A stretch of 64,000 bases of DNA from Chlamydiales bacterium. Lineage in GTDB: Bacteria; Chlamydiota; Chlamydiia; Chlamydiales; JBDQID01. Positions 49,151 through 60,278 of the stretch are shown in pieces. A model generated the notes under the pieces. That model worked only from the letters and a program-made list of their open reading frames with translations. It searched no databases and had not been told where the DNA came from. Position numbers and translations under genes: made by a program. Location: the NCBI GenBank assembly GCA_047611865.1, contig JBLFWS010000001.1, forward strand, positions 32,001-96,000, read 5' to 3'. Each line of letters opens with the position of its first letter. Position 1 is the first letter of the stretch.

Positions 49151-49888
49151 TTAAAGCTCCTTTCCAATTTCTTGTAAAAGATCTTGTGCCGTTTTCTTTT
49201 GTTTTTTACTTAATGAAAATTTCCGAGAGCACAAAGTATTTTGAACTTGCATAAGCTTTTTGATAATATTTTCTCCGAGGTTTTCTTTGCGCATGTCACT
49301 AGAGGCGAGAGGAAAATTTTCTCGGATTAAGGTCATTAGCTCATCTTTAGTTTCGCCATTGTAATCCAAAACAAGTTGTTTTTTCTTTTCCATTGGACCA
49401 GAACGACTTGAGAGAGAGTAGATAGCCTGCCGAGGCATGCCTTCAATTTGTGGTCGGAGATTTGATGGCATGGATTTCCAAAAATCGTAGTATTGCAAGA
49501 AATTATATGGGGTTTGACGGTTTCCGTAGGTTGCTTTTAACCAGCCGGTAAAAGCACCGTCGCGATAGGGAGTTAATAGGACTTGAGTTTGCTTAATTCG
49601 CTCACCATGTAGCAAAGCAGCTTGATTATTAATAGCTTTAACTTCTGAGGTTATGGCAATTAAAGTAGCAAGGTCTTTGGCAATGTTGGTAGTTGTAGAG
49701 GAGTGGTTTTCAAGAAGGCCTTCTAGAAAAGATTTTTCCTTTTCGTTTAGGTCACTGAGACTAAATACCCCGGCAAAACTTGTAAGGTTTCCAGAGGCGG
49801 ATTTTTTGGCAAGAGAAGCCATCTTGTTTTTCGAGCTGCCGTCTGCTGATTTCAAACGTTTACTGAGTAGGTCGTTGACTTTGGCCAT
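49151..49888 (-). CDS. Chromosomal pGP6-D-like protein
   Basis: ITSEVKAINNQAALLHGERIK, YGNRQTPYNFLQYY, PRQAIYSLSSR. Confidence 0.85.
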   Translation of the reverse strand: MAKVNDLLSKRLKSADGSSKNKMASLAKKSASGNLTSFAGVFSLSDLNEKEKSFLEGLLENHSSTTTNIAKDLATLIAITSEVKAINNQAALLHGERIKQTQVLLTPYRDGAFTGWLKATYGNRQTPYNFLQYYDFWKSMPSNLRPQIEGMPRQAIYSLSSRSGPMEKKKQLVLDYNGETKDELMTLIRENFPLASSDMRKENLGENIIKKLMQVQNTLCSRKFSLSKKQKKTAQDLLQEIGKEL

Positions 49889-49919
49889 AAGTGTTTCCCC
49901 TTCACGGATTTAGGTGTGA

Positions 49920-50675
49920 CTACAGACGCTTCGCAATTTCCTTTGATAAGTTACGGTAGTCTTGAGCAGCTCGGCTTTTTGGAGCTGTTTCAAAGAGTGG
50001 TCTACCATATATGGAGGCTTCAGATACAGCGATGTCGCGGCGGATTTTAGAAGATAAAACTTTTCCTGGAAACGTTTTCTCTACAACATCCAAAAATGTT
50101 TGGTTGCTTTTGCCGCGGGAGTTCCAGAAGGAGAGCGCAACCCCAAGAACGTTAAGGGGGTGCCTTTGAGAGATACTGTTGATAAATAGACTTAGCCTTT
50201 CCAAGCCTTTGATGCTGTAGAATTCAGGGGTTGCACAGATAAGAGAATGCTGAGCTGCGATGAGTGCAGATTCGGTTAACCAGCAGAGTGATGGGGGAGT
50301 GTCGATGATGATATAGTCATATTTTAGGGGTTTGAGAGCCTCTTTTAATCTTTCGTGTGAGTAACGGTCTGCTGCTAAAGACTCTGTAACTTCTACTCGT
50401 TCGAGCCAGGTATCCGCTGGAATTAGGTCGACGTTCGTTACCCCCGTTTTGAGGATGACTTCGTTTAGGGGTCTTTTTTTTTGAAGAACAGAGGCAATGC
50501 TGTCGTGTTCATCAGGGTCAAATCCGAAACCGGTAGTCATATTGGCCTGAGCATCAAAGTCGATAAGTAATACTTTTTTTCTGTTGAACTTGGCTAAGGC
50601 TGTACCGAGGTGAATAGCTGTAGAGGTTTTGGCTGTCCCTCCCTTAAAGCTGCTTATAGCGATTGTTTTTCCCAT
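49920..50675 (-). CDS. parA: ParA/MinD-family ATPase
   Basis: FKGGTAKTS, IDFDAQAN, IDTPPS. Confidence 0.9.
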   Translation of the reverse strand: MGKTIAISSFKGGTAKTSTAIHLGTALAKFNRKKVLLIDFDAQANMTTGFGFDPDEHDSIASVLQKKRPLNEVILKTGVTNVDLIPADTWLERVEVTESLAADRYSHERLKEALKPLKYDYIIIDTPPSLCWLTESALIAAQHSLICATPEFYSIKGLERLSLFINSISQRHPLNVLGVALSFWNSRGKSNQTFLDVVEKTFPGKVLSSKIRRDIAVSEASIYGRPLFETAPKSRAAQDYRNLSKEIAKRL

Positions 50676-50814
50676 TTGTCATCCCCTCAATTTGTGTGGC
50701 AAACAATTCTTTTGTAAATAGCTCATATATAATGAGATAGTAATAAAGTACGGTGAAACAAAAAGTTCATTTGGGAAGACTGTAATAGCCTTCCCGTATT
50801 ATGACTAAACGAAT

Positions 50815-52746
50815 CTAAGATTCTTTTTTGAAAAAAGGAGATTTTAGCTGACGGCTCTTTTTTTCTTTCTCCATAGAGCTAATAAAATCGGTAATGTCGA
50901 CTTCGCCGTGAACATAGTTGTCTCGAGTGCGGAGGGATGCATTTTGGCTTTCGACTTCTCTGTCGCCGACAGTAAGAATGTAATTGCACTGGTCAAGTTG
51001 AGCATTTCGTACTTTTTTGCTTACAGACTCGTGACTTTCATCTAGTTCACAAAGGATTCCGTTTTCTTTCATTTGCTTGAAAATGGCTTTGGCGTGAGGG
51101 GCATGACGATCTGCAACGGTGAGAATTCGTACCTGCCTTGGGCTCAGCCAAAGGGGGAAGCGCCCCGCGAAGTGTTCGATCAGTATCCCCATGAAACGTT
51201 CAATGGAGCCGAAAAGTGCTCGATGAAGCATAATGGGGCGCTGGCGGCTTCCGTCTTTTGCGGTGTACTCGAGCTCGAATCTTTCAGGAAGATTTGTGTC
51301 GAGTTGTACAGTTCCGCATTGCCAGGTTCTTCCGATGGCATCGTAAATGTGGTAGTCGATTTTGGGACCATAGAATGCGCCATCACCCTCGTTGATTCGA
51401 AATTCTTTATTAGATCGGACTAAGGCTTTGCGTAAAGCTTCAGTGGCAAGGTCCCAGTCTTCATCGGAGCCGATAGTATCCTTTTCCGGTCGTGTAGAAA
51501 GCTCAAGGTGATAGGACAGTCCGAAGGTTGAGTAGAGCTCGTCTGCGAGATCGAGGATTTCTACCACTTCATCTTCAATTTGCTCTGGCGTCATAAAGAT
51601 GTGGGCATCATCTTGGTGGAAGCTTCGAACACGAAACAGTCCAGAAATTGCACCTGAAGCTTCAGCGCGATGAACGTTGCCAATTTCTGCTATGCGAAGG
51701 GGGAGCTCTCGGTAGCTATGAGTGTTGCTTCGGTAAAAGAGCATGCATCCAGGGCAGTTCATGGGTTTGATTGCGAAGTCACGTTCTTCGATGGAAGAGG
51801 TGTACATGTTTTCATTATAGTTCTTCCAGTGGCCTGATCGCTCCCAAAGTTCACGAGACATCATTACGGGAGTTTTGATTTCGAGATAGTCCCTTTTGTC
51901 CTGTAGCTCTCTTAGAAAATTGACTAACTGATTCCAAATAGTCATTCCCTTGGGGTGGATGAAGGGCATTCCGGGAGCGGCATCTTTTAGAGAGAAGAGG
52001 TCAAGTTTGGGGCCGATTATTTTGTGGTCGCGTTTTTTTGCTTCTTCGAGGCGTTTTAGGTGTTCCTGGAGGATCTTGCGGTCTGGAAAAGTAATACCGT
52101 AGATGCGTGTTAGCATTTCGTTTGAAGAGTCCCCTCTCCAGTAAGCGCCAGATGTTTTCATCAATTTTAGTGCTTTAATTTTTCCAAGATTAGGAATGTG
52201 CGGCCCGCGGCAGAGGTCGAAGAATTCACCTTGTCTGTAACCTGTTATTTCATCACCGTTCTCGAAATTGGAGATTATTTCGCACTTGTATTTGTTGTCA
52301 GAAAAAGTGTTTAGAGCATCGTCTTTATTTTTAAAGGTTTCTCTTTGAGATTTGTGATTTTCGGAAACAATTTTTTTCATTTCCTTTTCGATTTTGGGAA
52401 AGTCATCTTCAGAGATTGTGAGGTTTGCGAAGTCGTAGTAAAAGCCATCTTTGATGGGAGGTCCAATCGTGGGTTGGGCATCGGGCCATAGACGAAGGAT
52501 TGCCTGTGCAAGAACATGAGCCGAGCTGTGCCAAAATATTTCTTGGCCTTCCGGATCTTCGAAGTTCCAGATTGTTACTTCATCGCCATTGCTTAATTCT
52601 TGAGTGAGGTCGTAGGTTTTTCCATTGATGTGGATGGCTAAAGCTTCGTTGGGAGCTTTTAAATTGAGTTTTTCGACGAGGTCTTTTCCGCTGCTCCCAT
52701 CGGGAAGTTCGACAGAGGCCTGATCTTTTATTTTAATGGATAACAT
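50815..52746 (-). CDS. thrS: Threonine-tRNA ligase
   Basis: TGS domain, DLCRGPH, KPMNCP, FYGPKID, HRALFGSIERF. Confidence 0.98.
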   Translation of the reverse strand: MLSIKIKDQASVELPDGSSGKDLVEKLNLKAPNEALAIHINGKTYDLTQELSNGDEVTIWNFEDPEGQEIFWHSSAHVLAQAILRLWPDAQPTIGPPIKDGFYYDFANLTISEDDFPKIEKEMKKIVSENHKSQRETFKNKDDALNTFSDNKYKCEIISNFENGDEITGYRQGEFFDLCRGPHIPNLGKIKALKLMKTSGAYWRGDSSNEMLTRIYGITFPDRKILQEHLKRLEEAKKRDHKIIGPKLDLFSLKDAAPGMPFIHPKGMTIWNQLVNFLRELQDKRDYLEIKTPVMMSRELWERSGHWKNYNENMYTSSIEERDFAIKPMNCPGCMLFYRSNTHSYRELPLRIAEIGNVHRAEASGAISGLFRVRSFHQDDAHIFMTPEQIEDEVVEILDLADELYSTFGLSYHLELSTRPEKDTIGSDEDWDLATEALRKALVRSNKEFRINEGDGAFYGPKIDYHIYDAIGRTWQCGTVQLDTNLPERFELEYTAKDGSRQRPIMLHRALFGSIERFMGILIEHFAGRFPLWLSPRQVRILTVADRHAPHAKAIFKQMKENGILCELDESHESVSKKVRNAQLDQCNYILTVGDREVESQNASLRTRDNYVHGEVDITDFISSMEKEKKSRQLKSPFFKKES

Positions 52747-53092
52747 GGTGTTGGTAGCTCATATTTTTTGAACAGGTTTAAGAGAACTAAATAGATTAGC
52801 ATTTTACCTTATGCTTCAGCAAATTGAAAGGGTAAATTGGATGAATGGAGCGTAAAGCTTTATGGCGGGAGAAAAATCAGGCCTAATAATTTTCGCAATA
52901 TCCTGAGAATGTGTTGTGAAATGGATTTAATAAGAGAAGAGAAAGATAAAGGGGAGGGTGAGCGTAAAATATTTATTACAAATAATTTACATGTCTATTC
53001 CAAAGCTAGATCTTCTCATATTGTTTATTTTTTTTACGAAACAAGGCAGGATGAGACTAGAAAAGATTATAGGATCTTCCTTTTAAGTTAAT

Positions 53093-56000
53093 TTGCTTGA
53101 AGGAATAAGAGAGGGGGGTCCTCCGGGCTTAAATACAACTTGTCTAGGAAAAAATATGGCCGACATATCGGATGAGATAAATGAGGTTTTGTCTGTCGTG
53201 AAGGCGCCCATTGAGCATGAGGCGTTTTTTTCTCGAATCTATCTCTACTTGTCCAAAAAACAAAAAATAAATTTTAAAAAAAAAGATGTTATTACGAAGT
53301 TGGTGCGTGAAGAATACCACGATCTTTCTTATTTGTTGGATAAAACGACAATTCAGGATAGCTGTGCCTATCGAAATAATTCCCGAACGCGAAAACTTGC
53401 AACATTGTTGGTAAACGAAAAGGGGAAGCTTGATCAGGCTCGTCTCGAGCAGACTATAGAGTCATTGGAAAAGAACTTATTTTCCTTAGGTCCAGAAAGA
53501 CAGCATGATGTTTCCAGGCAAAGACACATACTCAAAATTTTGAAGCGCTTGGCTTCCAATAAAGACGACGCCCTCTTGCTTCAGCGGATTAACCGGCCGC
53601 TTTCTCACCAGGGAGCAGAGAGCATTATCCGTGATACCTTGGGCCTTTCGGATAAGGTTGCTTTGAAAGATTATCATGCCAGAAGAGCGGCCCTTGCGGC
53701 ATGGATGTCCTATTTGCGTCAAAATGTGGGGTCTTGTTTTGCGACGGCTCCTGCAATTATCATACATGGTGAGCAGGGGGATCGTTTTTTAAAAGATGTA
53801 GCAGAAATGCTGGCGACAGGAAGATTAAAGAGGACGTATGGGGGAGTGGAATATTCGGTTCCTCTGAGTTCCAGTTGGGGCGTAGCCGACTTAAAGAAGC
53901 CTTTTGTTTTGACAATTGAAACTCAAGTGGGGAAGTCGATAGGTTTTGTTGGAGCTTTTCAAAAGGCTGGGATTTTAAAACAAAAGCTAACGAAAAAACA
54001 GCTCTATAAAGCTACTCGACAAATGATTATGTCGGCCTATAATCTTTTGGGTAACAGGGGGGTAAGTCTCGTTACGACTCCTGAGGAAGTGATTCGAAAA
54101 GTTCTTCTTTTGCACAATCAAATCACCGAAGATGACGTAAAGGAATATAACAACAGTTCTGGGGCTTCCCATTTTGCGAGTCTATTGGGGTATTCAACAA
54201 AAAATAAAGGCGCGGACAAAGGCCAGGCTTGTAAGAATTTTCATCAGCAAATTGAGGTAGCTTACTCTTATTTTAAGAGTTTGACAGATAATGCATTGTT
54301 AAAGTCTTGGGAGTTTACGATAGCTTCTTTTGCAGAAACAAAGGCGGTATTTGCCAGGTGGAATCTATACTCGAGTCTTGGACTGGCCCCCAATGATAGA
54401 GATGGAATAGGAAACTGTTTGTTTGAGATTTTGAAAGAGAAGCTTGAAAAATCCAATGACCTTGTCCATGAGATGGATGAGCAGTACGAGCGCTATTTTC
54501 TTCAGGTTCAAAATCTGGAAGCCAGGATGGGCAGGGCTGCAACAGAAGAGGAGCTGAAGTCTTTAAAGAGAGAGTATCAGACACTTGTAAGAGAGATGAA
54601 TTATTACCTTGAGCAACGGAACGCTGCTCACTCAGCGGCTCATCGATGGGCTAATCTTTTTGACTTTATTATTGATCAGTATGACGGGAAGTTTAGGGAG
54701 TACTTTCAAGAGGTGTATGATGCTGATCTTTTGGAGGTTGCGACAGATCCTTATGATGACACACCAGCCGGGTTTCGTTTAGTTTTTAAGCACGGAAGAA
54801 GCAATACGAGCTCTTGGACGCAAATCCGGGATCACAATCAGTTTATCGACTTTTTGGCAGAATTTTTTTCGGTAACTGAGCGAGAGATTTCATCCTTAGC
54901 TGAAATGGAAGGAATTGAGCGGGATTTTGGAGAAATTGTTACGGCCATTGTGAGTCACATACGAACAAGGGCATTTTTGGAATCAGCTTTGTATCGAATG
55001 GCTGAGGCTCACGGCGGTAGAATGGTAGAAAATCCCATTGAAAATCTTGATCAGGTTGATAAAAAGCCTTGGGTTTATACTTCCGGTGGGACCATGAATC
55101 ATTTGGTTAGTAGCTACTATTGCCGTGAAGAGTTGCCGGCGACAGAAGGGCGTTTTGTAGATAATGAAACAGAGTTATTTGCTTTTCTTCTGGATACAAT
55201 GAAATCTCTCCATACGAATGATACTCAGGGGTTTGTGGAAAATCCCGAGAAGTCCATGCTTATTCACTCCCCTACTCATGCGTTTGTGTTTAAGCCGGGG
55301 ACAAGTCCTTTCGTTGAAGGGTGGTTGGATAAGGGTTATTCTTATACCTGGATTCGAGATCAAATTGTAATTCCTCAGCAGCATTTCATTAAGAATATAG
55401 ATCTGGATCAGTACATGATGCAGGACTTGATTGAAGAAATAGGAAATAAGCTAATTGAGCCTTATCGACATATTTTTAAAAGAGCCTTGAGTCATTTTTC
55501 TGGCATAAAAAGTGTTAATGCATTCAGAAGTGAAATCATTATGACGATGAATATGGAAACGGGGCTTCATGTTAGAGGAGAATATGTGTTGGAGCTGCAT
55601 GAAATTGACAGTGTTTTGTATTCTATGCTTCCTATGCAACTTGGACACGAAATAGGACCTTGTATTCAACGGATAGTAGAGAGGATGACTGGCTTGAGTG
55701 AAGAGGTGAAGCAAGAAATGATGATGGTGTTTGGGGAGTTATCACATACACTTAATCGTTTTAAAGTTATAAGCGCAAAAAGGTTACAGGAAATTGTAAA
55801 GGCTCTTCTTTTACTGGTAATTCAGTCGCCCTCAACATCTGAAGATTTTCACGGGCAGATTTGTAGAGCAGCGCAAGACTTGGGTTTAGCCATGCCAAGG
55901 CCTGTGATTTTTGCAGACACTAATTGGTCCAGGGATTTTTTTGCATTCGTAGTGAATCCAGGAACTTCAGAATTGGAGTTCTGGAGAGTCGATGCTATTG

Positions 56001-56104
56001 GTAGTGAGGGTATTGGGATGGTTAGGTGGAAAAAGTGGCTGGACGGAAGCGTCCAAAAGCCTGCATGGGGTGTTTATACTCGACCTTTCGAATACGGGGG
56101 ATAG
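53093..56104 (+). CDS. Large conserved chlamydial hypothetical protein (start probably 53156)
   Basis: About 1000-aa ORF with LRQNVGSCFATAP, central coiled coil, KPWVYTSGG, SPTHAF, FADTNW. Confidence 0.7.
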   Translation: MLEGIREGGPPGLNTTCLGKNMADISDEINEVLSVVKAPIEHEAFFSRIYLYLSKKQKINFKKKDVITKLVREEYHDLSYLLDKTTIQDSCAYRNNSRTRKLATLLVNEKGKLDQARLEQTIESLEKNLFSLGPERQHDVSRQRHILKILKRLASNKDDALLLQRINRPLSHQGAESIIRDTLGLSDKVALKDYHARRAALAAWMSYLRQNVGSCFATAPAIIIHGEQGDRFLKDVAEMLATGRLKRTYGGVEYSVPLSSSWGVADLKKPFVLTIETQVGKSIGFVGAFQKAGILKQKLTKKQLYKATRQMIMSAYNLLGNRGVSLVTTPEEVIRKVLLLHNQITEDDVKEYNNSSGASHFASLLGYSTKNKGADKGQACKNFHQQIEVAYSYFKSLTDNALLKSWEFTIASFAETKAVFARWNLYSSLGLAPNDRDGIGNCLFEILKEKLEKSNDLVHEMDEQYERYFLQVQNLEARMGRAATEEELKSLKREYQTLVREMNYYLEQRNAAHSAAHRWANLFDFIIDQYDGKFREYFQEVYDADLLEVATDPYDDTPAGFRLVFKHGRSNTSSWTQIRDHNQFIDFLAEFFSVTEREISSLAEMEGIERDFGEIVTAIVSHIRTRAFLESALYRMAEAHGGRMVENPIENLDQVDKKPWVYTSGGTMNHLVSSYYCREELPATEGRFVDNETELFAFLLDTMKSLHTNDTQGFVENPEKSMLIHSPTHAFVFKPGTSPFVEGWLDKGYSYTWIRDQIVIPQQHFIKNIDLDQYMMQDLIEEIGNKLIEPYRHIFKRALSHFSGIKSVNAFRSEIIMTMNMETGLHVRGEYVLELHEIDSVLYSMLPMQLGHEIGPCIQRIVERMTGLSEEVKQEMMMVFGELSHTLNRFKVISAKRLQEIVKALLLLVIQSPSTSEDFHGQICRAAQDLGLAMPRPVIFADTNWSRDFFAFVVNPGTSELEFWRVDAIGSEGIGMVRWKKWLDGSVQKPAWGVYTRPFEYGG

Positions 56105-56493
56105 AATAAGACTCCTAGTAATTTTTGGAGGGTATTTTTCAAAGTATTTTCTGAAAAGAGAAGAGGAAAACAGGTTTTTTGTTTTAGGAATATATTTTGG
56201 TGAAAAAAAAATGAAGACAAGAAAATAAAAAATAAAAAAAAATACAAAGAAAAATGCTCTTAGAGCGTTCTACCGAGAGGGAAGGCGGAAAAAGGGGAAA
56301 AAAAAGATAAAAAAAACTAGATAAAAAATCGAATTGTGTTTACAAAAAATGAACTTAGTTCCTATATATTCCGTATAGCAATTTGAAAAGATTGCTTTTG
56401 CCGGCGCTTTAAGGCCCCCAATAAGCAAATATGGCAGCGAGTCAGTTTAGGCGGGAATGAGAAGAGTTAAGACTTATAACGAACAAAAAAAAA

Positions 56494-57798
56494 ATGGAGA
56501 TTACCATGGGCGTGTTAAGGTATTTGTTGCCAACGGTAGCAGCAGCTGTAGCGGTATCCTCATTCGGGTTTGCTCAGACACCGGATATGGAACGGGACAC
56601 CGAAGCATTGAAAGAATACACGAAACAGAAAAGATCTGTCTCAGTTAGTGAAAAAGGTGGCGACCTATCCTTAAGTGGTGATGTACGCTTCGAATATCAG
56701 AATGTTACAGAAACTGCAGATGGCGTTTCACAGCGTGGTTCTGGTACTGTAGATCCTAGCAATACGCTTTTTGGAAAAGCAAACCACCAATTCGATGTTG
56801 AAGTTAACCTGATGATCGATTACAGAGCTGAAGACACATGGGCTTCTGTCAAGCTTGAGTTTGACAACAACAGCGGTGACACAACGACATTGTCAAACGG
56901 TACAACACTAGGTAGTGGCGGCGAAAGCGGCATTCATCTACAGAGAGCATTTGCTGGATACAATGTATTCGAAGAAGATACAGCTCGCTTTGATGTTGAA
57001 GTGGGTCGTCGTAAGCTATATGACTTGTTTACATCCAAAGTTCAGTTTGGTGGAACAATGGATGGAGCGGTATTGAAGTATGCTAACAGCCTCGAAGGTG
57101 TTGGAGATTTCTCTGCTACCGGCGGAACATGGATCGTTGACGATAGAGTAGATCAGTTTGCATGGGCAATGGAAGCTGGCTTGTCCGATATTACAGACAC
57201 AGGCCTCTATGCTAAATATTCTTACATCGACTGGGACAGCACAGGCGTTGACCGTTGGGGCAACAGGCCTGGTACTGGATCCGGCAACGGTATGGGAAGA
57301 TGGTGGCAGTCAAGAAACTCACAAGTTATGCTTGGATACAAAGTAGAGCCTGAAGTTCTTAACGTCGACGTAAACCTTTACAGTGGTTACCTTGTAAACC
57401 ATGCTGCTAAGAAGCTTATCAAGACTAACAACAAGAAAAAGAACAAAGCTTGGTTCCTTGGAGCGCGCTTTGGTAAAATCGAATATGCAGGTGACTGGTC
57501 ATTAGATCTAAGCTGGCAGTCAGTTGGAGCACAGGCAGTTTTGGATCAGGAAGTTGCTGGAATTGGCCGTGGTAACACAGCTAAGAACCACTTCACTGAC
57601 TCTCTTGATGGTGCAAATGCTGATACAGCAAAGAACGGCGCTGCTAACTACAAAGGTTACTCTGCTGAAGCCCTCTTCGCCCTTACTGATAACTGGACAG
57701 TTGCTATGGAGTATGAATCTTCTAATGCTGCAGACCAGAAAATCGGTGGTAGAAATGCTTATCACAAATTGGAACTTGAAACCGTCTACAGCTTCTAA
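56494..57798 (+). CDS. Outer-membrane beta-barrel/porin (possibly CT623-like)
   Basis: Signal peptide, GGDLSLSGDVRF, amphipathic strands, terminal Phe (ETVYSF), own terminator. Confidence 0.8.
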   Translation: MEITMGVLRYLLPTVAAAVAVSSFGFAQTPDMERDTEALKEYTKQKRSVSVSEKGGDLSLSGDVRFEYQNVTETADGVSQRGSGTVDPSNTLFGKANHQFDVEVNLMIDYRAEDTWASVKLEFDNNSGDTTTLSNGTTLGSGGESGIHLQRAFAGYNVFEEDTARFDVEVGRRKLYDLFTSKVQFGGTMDGAVLKYANSLEGVGDFSATGGTWIVDDRVDQFAWAMEAGLSDITDTGLYAKYSYIDWDSTGVDRWGNRPGTGSGNGMGRWWQSRNSQVMLGYKVEPEVLNVDVNLYSGYLVNHAAKKLIKTNNKKKNKAWFLGARFGKIEYAGDWSLDLSWQSVGAQAVLDQEVAGIGRGNTAKNHFTDSLDGANADTAKNGAANYKGYSAEALFALTDNWTVAMEYESSNAADQKIGGRNAYHKLELETVYSF

Positions 57799-57830
57799 TT
57801 TTAGTTGATAGATAGTAAACAGTTTTTTAG

Positions 57831-57861
57831 AGAGCCCTTGAATCAAGGGCTCTTTTTTTTT
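57831..57861 (+). terminator. Intrinsic terminator
   Basis: AGAGCCCTTG-AAT-CAAGGGCTCT followed by a T-run. Confidence 0.9.
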
Positions 57862-57988
57862 GTTTTTTTGACAAGAATATCCGGAAGAGAAAAAAAACAA
57901 CCGTTCGTAAAAAGGACTTGATGGAAATAGTTTTGCATCAGGGTAAATTTTACTTCACCGAGAAAGTATTAAAGTGTATTTTTAGTGC

Positions 57989-59425
57989 ATGATTAATAAA
58001 TATGTTTCCAAGATTCATAATTTTATCAAGAAGCAAGACGGTCAATTTGTTACTGGGGACGTTGTCAGTGTCGTTTTTCCCAAGAGGAAAAAAGTAACAG
58101 GAGCTGATGTACGAACTTTGAAGCGCTGGCTGCAGCAGCACCCTGATCTTATACAGGTTGAAGATGAAGTGTGGGATACCAAGGAAAGAATTTTCCGAGG
58201 AGCACTATTTCGTGTTATTCTTGATCCTTTTGAACTGGCTCTTCGAGCCTTTATACCCGGGCAAAGGATTATTCCGTATCTCAGTAGTTTTTTAGGTCAC
58301 GGAGATTGTAAGTTCTGGGATGGTGAAGGAAAATTATTAGATGAAGCCTATAAGAAATTTTCGTTTGAAGAGGTTTATCCGTTCTTTTTTTTATTACCCA
58401 TTGACATGTGGGATAGTGCGAATGAGGATTTTGATAAGTCTATAGTAGACTTTGATATGAATACTGTTGATGTGCCTCTTTATGATCTCTCAACGGTTCT
58501 TCCAGACGATGCTGAAGAAGGAGCAAGCCTCGTGATAGAGGCTATTTCTTCGAATAAGGGTGAATATAGAGTTAGGTATGTAAGTGCAGAAGAGACAGGT
58601 CACGAGCTTCTTCAGGCATCAATTTTAGATGCAAGTCTTGAGAAGGAAATGCAGAAGATAATGCAGCAGCAAAAATTTGCGATTATGTCTCCAGACATCT
58701 TGTTTTTTCGTGCTTTGGCTAGTTTGGGAACGGACTTAAAAAGAGTACCTGGGCATTCAATTTCTGATCTTGTGATAGCTTCAAAACTTTTTGCCTTGCA
58801 TAGAAGCTCCACAGGGCTTGTATCTATTGGGCTAGAGGGTATGGCCTCTGAATCTGATTGGGAGCCCATGAACGGCTTTGAAGAGGACGTAGATGGGGTG
58901 TTTGAGAGCTTGGATGATATATTCTCAGATTTTGAATTAAGCCTTAGCAGGGTTGAGTTGGAATCTCTAGCATATGGTGCGATATTTTTAGATTGGGACA
59001 ACGAAGAATTACTCAAGCACCTCTTACCCGAAAGGGTTATGAGTTTACTATACCCTGAAGAGTTGAAAACTGTTGATGAAGAGATAACAAAACTCTTCTT
59101 AAAAGTACGTCGTAATATTTCTAAGAAGGAATGGAGTGAGGAAAAGCAGAGGTTTATATGTGAGATAACTTTATTTTATTTTGGAAATATCGATACGCTT
59201 CGGAAAATAGACGAGGCTCAAATTTCTTTAGAAAAGGGTTTAGAGCAATCGCTTATAGACAATGCTGAAATTACCTGGTTGCTGATGTCAATGCTATGGT
59301 TGCTTGTGGATGATGAGACATCATCAGTTCCGTCTGAGATAGAGCAACTAATGGATATGGCCAGTACGTCTAACAATTCCCTAAGAGAAGTCTTGGCTGA
59401 TTACCTTAGCGCATCCCTGCAATAG
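57989..59425 (+). CDS. Acidic hypothetical protein
   Basis: 478-aa ORF, D/E-rich, no motif recognised. Confidence 0.55.
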   Translation: MINKYVSKIHNFIKKQDGQFVTGDVVSVVFPKRKKVTGADVRTLKRWLQQHPDLIQVEDEVWDTKERIFRGALFRVILDPFELALRAFIPGQRIIPYLSSFLGHGDCKFWDGEGKLLDEAYKKFSFEEVYPFFFLLPIDMWDSANEDFDKSIVDFDMNTVDVPLYDLSTVLPDDAEEGASLVIEAISSNKGEYRVRYVSAEETGHELLQASILDASLEKEMQKIMQQQKFAIMSPDILFFRALASLGTDLKRVPGHSISDLVIASKLFALHRSSTGLVSIGLEGMASESDWEPMNGFEEDVDGVFESLDDIFSDFELSLSRVELESLAYGAIFLDWDNEELLKHLLPERVMSLLYPEELKTVDEEITKLFLKVRRNISKKEWSEEKQRFICEITLFYFGNIDTLRKIDEAQISLEKGLEQSLIDNAEITWLLMSMLWLLVDDETSSVPSEIEQLMDMASTSNNSLREVLADYLSASLQ

Positions 59426-59555
59426 CCGATCTGGAATAAAGGGATATTTAGAAAGCTTTATTTTTAGCATTTTGTTATTTATGGATATTGGCTTTTGCTA
59501 TTATTTTTTATCGTAGGGCGGCAAGGAAAAATCGAATTCTCTGGAGGGATCTTTA

Positions 59556-60278
59556 ATGGAAGTGCCAAGTGCAGATGTTACCGAGGAAACTCTTCGTCAA
59601 ATGGTGGGAGTGCCGATCCTAGGCCCTAAAGAGTGGATGGATCAAGTTTATGAAGAGGCTTTTACAAAAGCCTTTGAGTATATACTTTATACTGGGGATT
59701 TTTGTGGTGATATCCTAGAATTTGGTACGTTCAGGGGTTATACTGCTCATATTCTGGCCAGAATAATGAGGGGTTGTAATTTTAATGGTCAGCTATGGCT
59801 CTACGATTCATTTGAAGGTTTACCAGAAATATCTAATTCTAATGACTCAGAATGTTATCTCAATAAAAAGGGTGATTGGGTTACTGGAGGGATGAGCCTT
59901 CCTAGAGGTTTTGAACAATATATTTCTGAGTCTTTGGAAAATATTATTTCTAAAAATTCCTTTTCAATAGTTAAGGGTTACTTTGAAAAAACTATGGAGA
60001 AGAACTTGACGAATGAAAAAGCAGTCCTTGTTCATTTGGATTGTGATCTCTTTTCGTCATCGAAATATGTTTTGGAAAAGCTAATAGAAAAAGATGTTTT
60101 ACAGGATGGGACTTTGCTTTATTGCGATGACTATAACTGTAACAGATCTAACCTTAGGATGGGGCAAAGAGGTGCATTGTCTGCTGTATTTACGGATAGC
60201 TGCCGCTTTACTTATTCAGAGTATATTTCTTATGGTTGGTTTGGGAAAGCTTTCTTTATTCATGACAAAGAGGCCTAG
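59556..60278 (+). CDS. TylF/MycF/NovP-type O-methyltransferase
   Basis: GDILEFGTFRG, YDSFEGLP, VKGYF, HLDCDL, DDY. Confidence 0.88.
   Translation: MEVPSADVTEETLRQMVGVPILGPKEWMDQVYEEAFTKAFEYILYTGDFCGDILEFGTFRGYTAHILARIMRGCNFNGQLWLYDSFEGLPEISNSNDSECYLNKKGDWVTGGMSLPRGFEQYISESLENIISKNSFSIVKGYFEKTMEKNLTNEKAVLVHLDCDLFSSSKYVLEKLIEKDVLQDGTLLYCDDYNCNRSNLRMGQRGALSAVFTDSCRFTYSEYISYGWFGKAFFIHDKEA

Noticed and set aside
49151..50675. Integrated chlamydial plasmid (pGP5/pGP6 homologs)
   Set aside because: The chromosomal parA-pGP6D pair beside thrS is a standard chlamydial arrangement; no plasmid integrase or helicase is present.
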